Part shown: in pieces, positions 37,909 to 47,077 of the stretch | Numbering within the stretch: the first letter of the stretch is position 1 | Layout of the letters: each line of letters begins with the position of its first letter | Assembly: GCA_001820935.1 (NCBI GenBank) | Contig: MHRI01000030.1 | Location: forward strand, 2,734-66,733 | Direction: 5' to 3' | DNA from: Candidatus Taylorbacteria bacterium RIFCSPHIGHO2_01_FULL_51_15 | GTDB lineage: Bacteria; Patescibacteriota; Minisyncoccia; Phycocordibacterales; UBA10002 | DNA: 64,000 nucleotides | Notes under the pieces: generated by a model | What the model was told of the DNA's origin: nothing | Seen by the model: only the letters and a program-made list of their open reading frames with translations | Database searches by the model: none | Made by a program: the position numbers and the translations under genes

Positions 37909-38796
37909 ATGCACACCCTACCCCTCACCGTGCTTGTTCATGAAGGACCCAATGCTCGCGCGTATCTCATGCGACTAAGGCGCCTTGGCCTGCGACCCTC
38001 TGCTATCGTGCTCTTGGTATCAAGGGAGTACCCCGGCACCAAGAAAGAAATTCCCGGTTGGCTTCCGTCGTCTCTCAAAATGAGTTACGCACAGCGCGTA
38101 CAGGAATCGGCAGAGCATTATTGGCCGCGGCATATCAGGAAAGCCTTTCCCGCACTTTTCGAAGCGATGCGCATTCCGCTTGAAGCGGCGTATGGAGAAA
38201 TCGATTGGGACGAAATGCTTCCCTCACAACCTTACGAATCGTATGCCGACAGCGTCGAGAGAGTCTTCATTCGAGATTTTCGCGACCCCGCCTTGTACCA
38301 GGCACTCCTACGCCTCAAGTATAAAACACTCCTCTTTACCGGTGGGGGGCTTGTTCCCGCCGCACTCCTTTCCATACCCGGTATCCGTTTTCTTCACGTA
38401 CATCCAGGCACACTCCCATTCGTGAGGGGCGCTGATGGTCTTCTTTGGTCCATACTTACCCGCGGTTTCCCCGGGGCAAGTTGCTTTTATATGCAGCCTG
38501 GACTTGATATGGGCGATGTTATCGAAACGAAAGATCTTCCGAATATCGTTTTTCCTCTTCGGGGGATAAAGCGCCCTCCTGATCCAACCCTCTACAGGGC
38601 CCTCTTTTCCTACTACGATCCGCTGTTGCGCGCGGACTTCTTAGCGGCTATACTGGCGAAGTCTAAGGACATGGATCTAGCCAATCTGTCAAGTTCGGTA
38701 CAAGAGTTGTCGGTGGGCATCACGTATCATTTTATGCACGAAAAGCTTCGACATCGCGCGCTCCAAAAATTATTTCCTTCATACACCTCGGTTTAA
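37909..38796 (+). CDS. Formyltransferase-like protein (Formyl_trans_N fold)
   Basis: 'FLHVHPGTLPFVRGADGLLWSIL' resembles the formyltransferase 'HPSLLPRYRG...W.I' core. Confidence 0.4.
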   Translation: MHTLPLTVLVHEGPNARAYLMRLRRLGLRPSAIVLLVSREYPGTKKEIPGWLPSSLKMSYAQRVQESAEHYWPRHIRKAFPALFEAMRIPLEAAYGEIDWDEMLPSQPYESYADSVERVFIRDFRDPALYQALLRLKYKTLLFTGGGLVPAALLSIPGIRFLHVHPGTLPFVRGADGLLWSILTRGFPGASCFYMQPGLDMGDVIETKDLPNIVFPLRGIKRPPDPTLYRALFSYYDPLLRADFLAAILAKSKDMDLANLSSSVQELSVGITYHFMHEKLRHRALQKLFPSYTSV

Positions 38797-38813
38797 TTTT
38801 ATCCAAAACCTTC

Positions 38814-39605
38814 ATGATGCATGACTATCGCCCATATTATAATACCTATTCCATGTGTGCGCCGATGGTGTTCGCGAAGGATGCTCTTTTCTCACGCGGT
38901 TCGACAAAACGGATTTCACTCATCAACCGTCTTCGTGATTATGTCGGGCTTCGAGATGCTCCCACTTTATTCTCCCTTCATCGAAAGATGAGTGAGCGTT
39001 TGTTCTTTGACCGCACTTGGCAAAGTCATGACTATGGAGAGGGTTATTTCTATCAGAGCTTTGATCGGATCGGCGTAAGGGGCCTCCGAGATACGAAGGC
39101 TCGCGTCGAAGCCATGGGTCTTCGGGATCTTCTGCGCGGAAAACATGTTATCGATATCGGTTCCAACGCGGGGTTTCTCTCACTTTCTCTCGCGGATGTT
39201 GCAAAAGAAGTTGTCGGCTTGGAGAATAACCCTGACCTTGTCGCTGTGGGTAATCTCGCTCGTGACTATTTGAGAGTACATAATGTCACTTTCGTCACTT
39301 CTTCTTTCGAGGACTTCACTACTTCGAAGGTTGCCGACGTCATACTTTCCTTCGCGAACCATTCCACGTATGATGGAAATACAAAGCAATCGGTCGAGGA
39401 ATATTTCGAGAAATGTAAGCGCCTCCTTCATCCCGGAGGTCTCCTCATTTTCGAATCCCACCACCCGACCTACGAATCTCCTGAAGCGCTTCAGCATGTC
39501 GTTTTGGTGATTGAGCGCCTCTTTCATATTCGCGAACGAAAGGTGCTTATGGCAGGGACATTTTTCGATCGGGGACGAACGTATATCGTGGCAGAACGTA
39601 GCTAA
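38814..39605 (+). CDS. SAM-dependent methyltransferase-like protein
   Basis: 'HVIDIGSNAGFLSLSLA' motif I. 'LLHPGGLLIFESH' segment. Confidence 0.5.
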   Translation: MMHDYRPYYNTYSMCAPMVFAKDALFSRGSTKRISLINRLRDYVGLRDAPTLFSLHRKMSERLFFDRTWQSHDYGEGYFYQSFDRIGVRGLRDTKARVEAMGLRDLLRGKHVIDIGSNAGFLSLSLADVAKEVVGLENNPDLVAVGNLARDYLRVHNVTFVTSSFEDFTTSKVADVILSFANHSTYDGNTKQSVEEYFEKCKRLLHPGGLLIFESHHPTYESPEALQHVVLVIERLFHIRERKVLMAGTFFDRGRTYIVAERS

Positions 39606-39659
39606 CTAAGAAGGGCGCATTTCAGTTTTATGTGGTAACCTCACTTTCGCTCCACTTTC

Positions 39660-42566
39660 ATGGTCTCAGAAAAGAAAATTAGGAAAGTAGTCTATACTCC
39701 AGTTGTCGGGGATCTTTTCAATTTCGGACATCTCCAGTTCTTGCGTTACGTACGCCTTCTCGGGGATCACCTCATCTGCGGCGTGATGACCGACGACGCG
39801 GTGGCGTCCTTTAGGCAGAGGCCTATTGCGAACCTCGATGAACGAAAAGCTATATTTGAAAATCTCGCCTTTGTTGACCAGGTAATGGTTCAAGATAGCA
39901 AGGACCCGGAAGGGAACCTACGGAGTATCCGGGGAAAATGGAAGGATGCCGAGATCACACTCGTCTATGGTAGCAACTGGAAAACACTCCCGAGAGGAGA
40001 GTTCCTAAAATCGATCAAGGCACGGGTCGTGCACCATCCGCATTTTTATAACAAGTTCGCAGACTCCGAAATCGTCCGGCACCTTCTTACGAGCTACCGG
40101 CAAGAGTTTCAAAACCCGAGCGAATTTTTCCAGTATTTCAAACTTCACGACTTCATGCCGGACACGCAAAGCAAGGCCGAGCAATTTTCGCTCGGCACAA
40201 AAGGAGATACACTCCAAGCAATTCGCCCGCTTCTCACAAAATCGGTCATTGAGGACCTGCTCATCTTTACGGAGGAGGAGTGGAAGAGACATTCTTCCGT
40301 GATTGGCAAGAACATTCGGGACACGTTTTCTCCCGACACCATCGTTGTGCGAAGTTCCGCGCAGCGTGAAGACACCTCCACCTCATCTATGGCAGGGGTT
40401 TTCCAGAGCGTCCTTGGCGTCGATTCCAAGAGTCAGTCTGATGTGGCCGCGGCTGTGATGAGCGTCATCCGTTCATATCATGCGGAAAGAGAGACAATCT
40501 CCAATAATCAAATACTTGTGCAGAGGCAGACGAAGGACATCAAGATAAGTGGAGTCATCTTCACGCGGGTCATGGAAACTAACGCACCCTACTACGTCAT
40601 CGACTATGACGACACGACCGGGATGAGCGATCGCGTGACCAAAGGACAGGGACACGCCTCCATGAAGATGTATCGCTTCACCGATCCAAAATTGTATCCA
40701 AAGGAGTTTCGACCGCTGCTCGCGGCAGTGAAAGAGATAGAAGAACTGATTCCAAAGATAAGCTTGGATATCGAATTCGCCATAACCAAGAAAGGAAAGG
40801 TAGTTATCTTTCAAGTGCGTCCGCTTTCGGTGAACGCGGGCCATAACTACCTCGACAATATCCGAACTAAGAAGATAATCGAACGATTTAAGGAGGAATT
40901 TGCTTCGCTCCAAAGGGCGAAAAGTCATCTTGCAGGCAACACAACCTATCTCGCTGATATGCCCGACTGGAATCCAGCCGAGATTATCGGGGATCGCCCA
41001 AATCATCTCGATCAATCTTTGTACGCGTACATTATCACGAATCATGCGTGGCACAGGGCACGGACCTCCCAAGGATACGCTAACGTGGATCCGGCACAGC
41101 TTGTGGTGATGTTTGGCGGTAAGCCATACGTAGATGTGCGAAGCTCTTTCAATTCGTTCGTTCCGGCCGATCTTCCCCAAAAGCTTAGGGAAAAGCTCGT
41201 TCTGTTTTACCTTCACAAGTTGAAGACCCACCCTGAACTTCAGGACAAAGTCGAATTCGATATTGTCTTTACCTGTTTTGATCTCACTTTTTCCCAGCGT
41301 TCAAAAGAGCTTCGGAAACACGGATTCAGTGAGAAAGAAATACAGACCTTCAAGATCTCTCTCCTTTCCCTGACAAACAAACTTTTGGAGAACTACACCG
41401 AGGAAGTGAAAAAAGATCTTGCGGCGGCGGTGGCCCTCCGTCCCAAGCGATCCGTAATCGGGCAACTCGCCAAGGAGAAGGCGCACGATCCCCGAGAGCT
41501 CCTCTCTTTGGCGAGAGAACTTCTCGATCATGCCGTGAGCTCCGGTACGATCCAATTTTCTCGCCTCGCGCGCCTCGCTTTTATCGGCAAAATCCTGCTT
41601 CGGAGTTTGGTGTCACGAAAAATCATTGATACTGCAATCTATCATGAGTTTCTTTCGTCCATCTCGACCGTCGCGACGAAAATGGATGAGGATTTCCTTG
41701 CGTACACGCGAGGAGAGCTCCACCCCCGCGAATTTCTCGCGCGATACGGGCATCTCCGTCCCGGGACGTACGATATCACGAGTCTTCGCTACGATGCCGA
41801 CCCGGCACTTCTTGTCGCTACGGCACCTCCATCAACGGGGCACCCGAAAAAAGAATCCTTTGTGCTTCCCGGAAAAACGGCTCAAAAGATCACCGCCGTG
41901 TTTAGAAAAGAAGGATTAGCATTTGATGCGTCGTATTTTTTTGAATTTCTCAAAACCGCGATAGAAGCTCGCGAATTTTCTAAGTTTGAATTTACCAAAA
42001 ACCTGAGCGATGCAATCGAATGTATCGCAAAAGCCGGAGCACTCCTCGGATTCTCAAGGGAAGAGATGTCTTCCCTTGATACGGAGAACCTCTTTGACCT
42101 ACTTGAAGTGGAGGATGTAAGGGACATGCAAAGAGCGTGGAAAGATCTCATCCGTTACCGCATGGAGGAAAAGGAAGAGCACAAAAAGGTGCTTCTCCCG
42201 CCAATTATATATTCTCCGCAAGATCTTGAGATCATTGCTCCGTACGTCGCAAAGCCTAACTTTATTACCGAGAAGAAGGTAGAGGGGAAAATCGTGAATC
42301 TACGTATGACAAATAAGAGCACACTCGCTATCAAGGGAAATATTGTGCTGCTCGAGAACGGGGATCCGGGATACGATTGGATTTTTACAAGAAAGCCTCT
42401 CGGTCTTATCACGAAGTATGGCGGTGTGGCTTCTCATATGGCGATACGATGCGCCGAATTCGGCCTTCCTGCCGCTATCGGCTGCGGAGAAGTTATCTTT
42501 TCGGAGTTAGCACAAGCGAAAGGCGCCCTGCTTGATTGTGGGAAGAAGAAAATCATAGTACGTTAG
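39660..42566 (+). CDS. Fusion protein: N-terminal TagD-like cytidylyltransferase domain (~140 aa) joined to a PEP-utilising-enzyme/pyruvate-phosphate-dikinase-family phosphotransferase (ATP-grasp region plus phosphohistidine swivel domain). Candidate L-glutamine-kinase (Cj1418)-like enzyme.
   Basis: N-terminal 'VVYTPVVGDLFNFGHLQFL' HxGH cytidylyltransferase motif aligns with B. subtilis TagD. C-terminal 'VLLENGDPGYDWIFTRKPLGLITKYGGVASHMAIRCAEFGLPAAIGCGE' is the PEP-utilising mobile domain with the catalytic-His context. Central 'QREDTSTSSMAGVFQSV' resembles the PPDK N-terminal nucleotide-binding region. Confidence 0.7.
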   Translation: MVSEKKIRKVVYTPVVGDLFNFGHLQFLRYVRLLGDHLICGVMTDDAVASFRQRPIANLDERKAIFENLAFVDQVMVQDSKDPEGNLRSIRGKWKDAEITLVYGSNWKTLPRGEFLKSIKARVVHHPHFYNKFADSEIVRHLLTSYRQEFQNPSEFFQYFKLHDFMPDTQSKAEQFSLGTKGDTLQAIRPLLTKSVIEDLLIFTEEEWKRHSSVIGKNIRDTFSPDTIVVRSSAQREDTSTSSMAGVFQSVLGVDSKSQSDVAAAVMSVIRSYHAERETISNNQILVQRQTKDIKISGVIFTRVMETNAPYYVIDYDDTTGMSDRVTKGQGHASMKMYRFTDPKLYPKEFRPLLAAVKEIEELIPKISLDIEFAITKKGKVVIFQVRPLSVNAGHNYLDNIRTKKIIERFKEEFASLQRAKSHLAGNTTYLADMPDWNPAEIIGDRPNHLDQSLYAYIITNHAWHRARTSQGYANVDPAQLVVMFGGKPYVDVRSSFNSFVPADLPQKLREKLVLFYLHKLKTHPELQDKVEFDIVFTCFDLTFSQRSKELRKHGFSEKEIQTFKISLLSLTNKLLENYTEEVKKDLAAAVALRPKRSVIGQLAKEKAHDPRELLSLARELLDHAVSSGTIQFSRLARLAFIGKILLRSLVSRKIIDTAIYHEFLSSISTVATKMDEDFLAYTRGELHPREFLARYGHLRPGTYDITSLRYDADPALLVATAPPSTGHPKKESFVLPGKTAQKITAVFRKEGLAFDASYFFEFLKTAIEAREFSKFEFTKNLSDAIECIAKAGALLGFSREEMSSLDTENLFDLLEVEDVRDMQRAWKDLIRYRMEEKEEHKKVLLPPIIYSPQDLEIIAPYVAKPNFITEKKVEGKIVNLRMTNKSTLAIKGNIVLLENGDPGYDWIFTRKPLGLITKYGGVASHMAIRCAEFGLPAAIGCGEVIFSELAQAKGALLDCGKKKIIVR

Positions 42567-42570
42567 AGAC

Positions 42571-43260
42571 ATGCAGATTCTCATTTCACAACGCGTGGTA
42601 AGGCGGGAAGGACGAGGAGATATGGACGCGCTCGAGACGAACTATGTGGAGTTCTTCCGAGGATTTGGGGTGAAGGTTTTGCCGGTCTCAAATACACTCC
42701 GCGACATTGAAGGCTACGTGTCGGGGTTGTCCGTAGACGGGGTGATTCTTTCTGGCGGCAACGACGTGAATCCAAGGTTATATGGAGAAACAGCTACTCC
42801 CGACAGCGATTATTCCGAGGCTAGGGATACTACGGAGCGTTTACTTCTTGAGTTTGCCATAAAAGGAAAATTACCGGTACTCGGTATCTGCAGGGGCACG
42901 CAGTTTATCAACGTCTTTTTCGGAGGGAAGCTCGTGCAGGATATCTCCAACGCAACCGGGGGAGATCATCTTCATCCGCATGAGGCAGAGATATCCGACG
43001 CAGAGGCGCGCGCGTACCTCGGCAAAAGCAGTATGCAGGTCAATTCGTATCACCGGCAGGGCATCACGCCCGGGGAGCTTTCGCTGAACCTTCGCCCGTT
43101 TGCCATCGGGAAGGACGGAAGCATCGAGGGGATATATCACGCTACTCGCCCGATCGCGGGCCTCATGTGGCATCCGGAACGGCAGGGCTCTGACAAGGAA
43201 ACGGATGCGAAGCTCATTGCCGCCTTTGCAAAAGGAGAATTATTTTGGAAAAAGGCATGA
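42571..43260 (+). CDS. Class I glutamine amidotransferase-like / peptidase C26 hydrolase. Candidate gamma-glutamyl-CDP-amidate hydrolase (Cj1417)-like enzyme.
   Basis: 'LPVLGICRGTQFINVFFGG' nucleophile-elbow Cys motif. 'GLMWHPE' His motif. Confidence 0.7.
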   Translation: MQILISQRVVRREGRGDMDALETNYVEFFRGFGVKVLPVSNTLRDIEGYVSGLSVDGVILSGGNDVNPRLYGETATPDSDYSEARDTTERLLLEFAIKGKLPVLGICRGTQFINVFFGGKLVQDISNATGGDHLHPHEAEISDAEARAYLGKSSMQVNSYHRQGITPGELSLNLRPFAIGKDGSIEGIYHATRPIAGLMWHPERQGSDKETDAKLIAAFAKGELFWKKA

Positions 43261-44003
43261 AAGCAATCATTTTAGCGGCAGGCCGCGGTACGAGGCTTAG
43301 CAAATACACCAAAGACCTGCCAAAGTGCATGCTTGAGTTTGGAGGAAAGACGCTTATTCTGCGCCAGGTGGAAACGCTTCGAAAGGCCGGTATTTCCGAC
43401 ATCACTTTGATTAAGGGGTATCTTGCCGAGAAGATACAAATTCCGGGCGTGAAGTACTTGGTGAACGAACGCTATGCCGAGACGAACATGGTCGGCACGC
43501 TTATGTGCGCTAAAGAGGAGCTGGGGGGAGATACTCTTATTTGTTACGGGGACATCATCTACGAAGAAAAAGTACTCCGCGCGGTGCTTGCGGACAAAAG
43601 CGACATCGGGGTCGTTGTGGATGAAGATTGGCGGCCGTATTGGGAGGCGCGTCACGGAGATTCGTTGATCGATACCGAGAGTCTTGTCGTAGGGAAAGGG
43701 GGGAATATCATTGAGCTCGGAAAAGCCGATCCGCCTCCGGAAAAAGCGAAGTTGCGTTATGTCGGTCTCATCAAGCTTTCGAGAAAGGGAGTGGAACAGT
43801 TGAAGCGGGTCTATGAGGGGAATCCCGTGCTCTTCGATACATCCTACATGACCGATCTCTTGCGGGCGATAATTGACGCAGGATTTCGCGTAGATCCTAT
43901 TGTGGTGCGGCACGGCTGGCTTGAGTTCGACACGAGCGAGGATTATGAAAAGATGACCGTGCTTCTTGAAAGTAACAAGCTCGCCCCGCTTTTTAGGATA
44001 TAA
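43245..44003 (+). CDS. LicC-like NTP-transferase (sugar/phospho-substituent cytidylyltransferase). Candidate Cj1416-like enzyme.
   Basis: 'MKAIILAAGRGTRLSKYTKDLPKCMLEFGGKTLI...ITLIKGYLAEKI' matches the LicC/MobA-like nucleotidyltransferase signature. Confidence 0.7.
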   Translation: MEKGMKAIILAAGRGTRLSKYTKDLPKCMLEFGGKTLILRQVETLRKAGISDITLIKGYLAEKIQIPGVKYLVNERYAETNMVGTLMCAKEELGGDTLICYGDIIYEEKVLRAVLADKSDIGVVVDEDWRPYWEARHGDSLIDTESLVVGKGGNIIELGKADPPPEKAKLRYVGLIKLSRKGVEQLKRVYEGNPVLFDTSYMTDLLRAIIDAGFRVDPIVVRHGWLEFDTSEDYEKMTVLLESNKLAPLFRI

Positions 44004-44094
44004 GCTTCGATGCAGACGATCCAACGCAAAGGACGGAAGTCTCTTACGGTTTTTCTGCATTTGTAGTATCTTAGAGAAGTTTAGGGTTATACCT

Positions 44095-45054
44095 ATGATG
44101 GAAAAAACCGCAAAAATATATGTCGCAGGACATCGCGGACTTGTAGGATCGGCCCTCGTTCGCCGCCTCACCGCGCTTGGCTATTCCAATCTCCTCACGC
44201 GGACTCGCGCAGAACTCGACCTCTTGGATTCGAAAGCAGTTGCGGATTTCTTTCTGAAGGAGAAACCTAATTACGTCTTTCTGGCTGCCGCGCGCGTTGG
44301 AGGCATTCTCGCGAATAAGACCTATCCGGCAGATTTCATCTACGAGAATCTCCTTGTACAAACGAACGTCATTCATGAGGCCCATCTGCACGATGTTAAG
44401 AAGCTCCTCTTTTTAGGAAGTTCATGTATCTATCCTCGCCTCGCACCTCAACCGATGAAGGAATCTTATCTCCTTTCAGGTGAGCTCGAGGAAACGAACA
44501 GGGCCTATGCTATCGCCAAAATTGCCGGTATCATCACGTGTGAGTCATACCGCGACCAGTATGGGCTTCAATCGGTTTCGGTGATGCCGACGAACCTTTA
44601 TGGCCCAAATGATAACTTCGATCTTGAGCGTTCCCACGCGTTCCCCGGTCTCATCCGTAAGTTTCATGAGGCGAAGGTGCAGGGTAGGGAAGAGGTCGTG
44701 CTTTGGGGCACGGGCACTACCAAGAGAGAATTTTTGCACGCTGACGATCTTGCCGATGCCTGCATCTTTCTCATGAACACTTACGCGGGTAAGAAAATCG
44801 TCAATATCGGAACTGGGGAAGATATTTTCATAAAGGATTTCGCGCAGATGGTCAAAGAGGTCGTCGGTTTTCAGGGCCGCATTTTATGGGATGCGACAAA
44901 GCCCGATGGAACACCGCGTAAGCTTCTCGACGTAAGCCACCTTCACGATCTTGGCTGGCATCACCGGGTAGGTTTACGGGAAGGCCTCGAGGAAACCTAT
45001 AAATGGTTCCTTGTCCATGTCGCGCCATCCCTGCCCATTTCAGAAAAGAAATAA
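44095..45054 (+). CDS. fcl: GDP-L-fucose synthase (GDP-4-keto-6-deoxymannose 3,5-epimerase/4-reductase)
   Basis: 'IYVAGHRGLVGSALVRRL'. 'YAIAKIAGIITCESYRDQYG' YxxxK motif. Start at ATG 44095 (MMEKT). The upstream extension is rejected. Confidence 0.85.
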   Translation: MMEKTAKIYVAGHRGLVGSALVRRLTALGYSNLLTRTRAELDLLDSKAVADFFLKEKPNYVFLAAARVGGILANKTYPADFIYENLLVQTNVIHEAHLHDVKKLLFLGSSCIYPRLAPQPMKESYLLSGELEETNRAYAIAKIAGIITCESYRDQYGLQSVSVMPTNLYGPNDNFDLERSHAFPGLIRKFHEAKVQGREEVVLWGTGTTKREFLHADDLADACIFLMNTYAGKKIVNIGTGEDIFIKDFAQMVKEVVGFQGRILWDATKPDGTPRKLLDVSHLHDLGWHHRVGLREGLEETYKWFLVHVAPSLPISEKK

Positions 45055-45058
45055 AGAT

Positions 45059-46249
45059 ATGCGGATCTTTTACATAACTACAAAACTGAACTTCAATCAG
45101 GGCGGGTCGAATATTGAGAACGATCTTATCATGCGGACGCTCCAAGGAATGGGGAATGAAGTGACTATGGTAACTGTCTTTTCGCGCTTTAATCATATCC
45201 CCGAACCTCTGCCGTACGGCCATATCAAAGAGGAGCTTACTACTGCGAGGCAGCTCGGCATTCAGTGGGGTGTTTTCCGTCTGCTCCGAAAGTACGCAAA
45301 GTCTGCCGATTTCTTCTTTGTTGATGGGCAGACATTTCTCTATGGCGCGGGACTGTATCGAACGCTTGGAGGCAAGGTTCCGGTGTTCGCCTATTTCGTG
45401 CGCGAGCTCATGGCATGGCCGGAAAATGTTTCAACACTTATTACCAGTAGGCAAGCGAGCATTCCTCTTTGGTATCGTACCAAACGGAAAACGCGCTTCC
45501 TCATCGAGCGATATCTTTGCATACCATTTGCAAACTGGATCGACTTTTTTGCCTTCGGCTCGCCACAACTTCAAAAAGAGTATGAAGATTTCGGTCTGCG
45601 CGCCGAGAACAAAAGTATCATTATCGGGGACCCCTATCCTTGGAGAGAGGTGATGCAAAAGAGCGGCATTACCGAAGATTCATACGCCTTGCGTAACAAG
45701 AAGAGTGGCAAGGTGCGACTCTTCTATTCCAACCGCATGGCACCGGGGAAAGGATTCGACCTTTTGGTGCGTGCGTTTTCTCTTGTTCCAAACAAAGAAC
45801 GCTTCACCCTCGTTCTTGGCGGGGCTGGGCCAGAGGAGCCGCTCATTCGGCAGATGGTCAGCGACCTCAATCTGGAGACCCATGTTGAGTTTTCCGGCTG
45901 GATACCCAAAGAGGACTATTATGTCGCTCTCAAGCAGGCAGATATCTTCATTCATCCAAGATGGCGCGAGGCCCAACCCTCCATTGGACTTATGGAGGCG
46001 ATGGTGTTTGGCCTCCCCTGCATCGTCCCGAAGGGGACCGGACTTCACTGGGTGGCGGGAAAAGGCGCCCTGCCGTTCCGATTCGACGATGCGGAGGATC
46101 TTGCGACCATGATTGAGAAATTAGGAGGTGACAGTACGCTTCGAGCAAAGCTGTCAGAGAACTGTTACCTTCGACTCAAGGAGGGGGATGTCAACTACGA
46201 GAAAACAATCCCCGCAGTCCTCGAAATTATGAAGCGTCTACGAGGGTAG
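45059..46249 (+). CDS. Glycosyltransferase family 4
   Basis: C-terminal 'HPRWREAQPSIGLMEAMVFGLPCIVPKGTGLHWV' GT4 motif. Confidence 0.7.
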   Translation: MRIFYITTKLNFNQGGSNIENDLIMRTLQGMGNEVTMVTVFSRFNHIPEPLPYGHIKEELTTARQLGIQWGVFRLLRKYAKSADFFFVDGQTFLYGAGLYRTLGGKVPVFAYFVRELMAWPENVSTLITSRQASIPLWYRTKRKTRFLIERYLCIPFANWIDFFAFGSPQLQKEYEDFGLRAENKSIIIGDPYPWREVMQKSGITEDSYALRNKKSGKVRLFYSNRMAPGKGFDLLVRAFSLVPNKERFTLVLGGAGPEEPLIRQMVSDLNLETHVEFSGWIPKEDYYVALKQADIFIHPRWREAQPSIGLMEAMVFGLPCIVPKGTGLHWVAGKGALPFRFDDAEDLATMIEKLGGDSTLRAKLSENCYLRLKEGDVNYEKTIPAVLEIMKRLRG

Positions 46250-47077
46250 ATCTTGTTTCATACAAAAGAGGTTTACAAAATCTGTTTCCCGCAAAAGCTC
46301 CGCGGGAAGATTCTTTGAGTTCGGGTCTACGGGAAGTAATGTATCTTTTTGGATCGCGAATATCTTAAATCCAAGCGAGGAGAGCTCACGGAAGAGTGCA
46401 TCCTGTGAAAATCCCGCCTGTGTTTGGCAGGACGGATTCCACTCTACAACGAGGCAAATGGAAGGCGCACTAAGCGTCTTACGCGCTCCGCGAATCGCCC
46501 CCATCTCTCCGCCTTCAATATCCATTTTTATAAGATCAACGCGCGTCTCACCTTTTTCCACGAGAAAAGCGTCAAGTTCCACCGATTCTACAGAAATAAC
46601 CTCTCTTTGTCGTGCCTCGTCCGGCACGAGACTGTGACACCCAGTCTTTTCGCTTCGATAGAAATTCATTGGTTTTTTGGCGTCGGAAACTGCCACTTTG
46701 CATGTAGTCACGTTTTTGAGGCGCCTCGTATTTTTCTCAAGTAACCCGAAGTTTTCAGGATCTGGCTCGAATGCATATATTTTCCCTCTGTTGCCCACGA
46801 GCTTCGAAAACAGGCGTGTAAAGTATCCAATATGCGCGCCCACGTCCACCACGACCATGCCCGGCTTAATTATTCTCTTGAAGAGATCATATGTTTCTTT
46901 TTCATAGATGCCCCAGAGCATATTAAGCTTCCACCGCCGTATGTAGTTATCCGGAAAAGAAAAGCCGTAGAACTTCGCGAGGAGAGCGGTAAGCGAATCA
47001 AGGATGGTATAAATAGCCCGATCAAGAGCCGGAGAGTGAATGTGAGTTCGATAGAATTTTCGTAATGTTCCGATCAT
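46238..47077 (-). CDS. FkbM-family SAM-dependent methyltransferase
   Basis: 'VVDVGAHIGYFTRLF' and 'IYAFEPDPENF' segments. 'VDLIKMDIEGGEMGAIRGA' is the FkbM signature. Confidence 0.75.
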   Translation of the reverse strand: MIGTLRKFYRTHIHSPALDRAIYTILDSLTALLAKFYGFSFPDNYIRRWKLNMLWGIYEKETYDLFKRIIKPGMVVVDVGAHIGYFTRLFSKLVGNRGKIYAFEPDPENFGLLEKNTRRLKNVTTCKVAVSDAKKPMNFYRSEKTGCHSLVPDEARQREVISVESVELDAFLVEKGETRVDLIKMDIEGGEMGAIRGARKTLSAPSICLVVEWNPSCQTQAGFSQDALFRELSSLGFKIFAIQKDTLLPVDPNSKNLPAELLRETDFVNLFCMKQDLPS

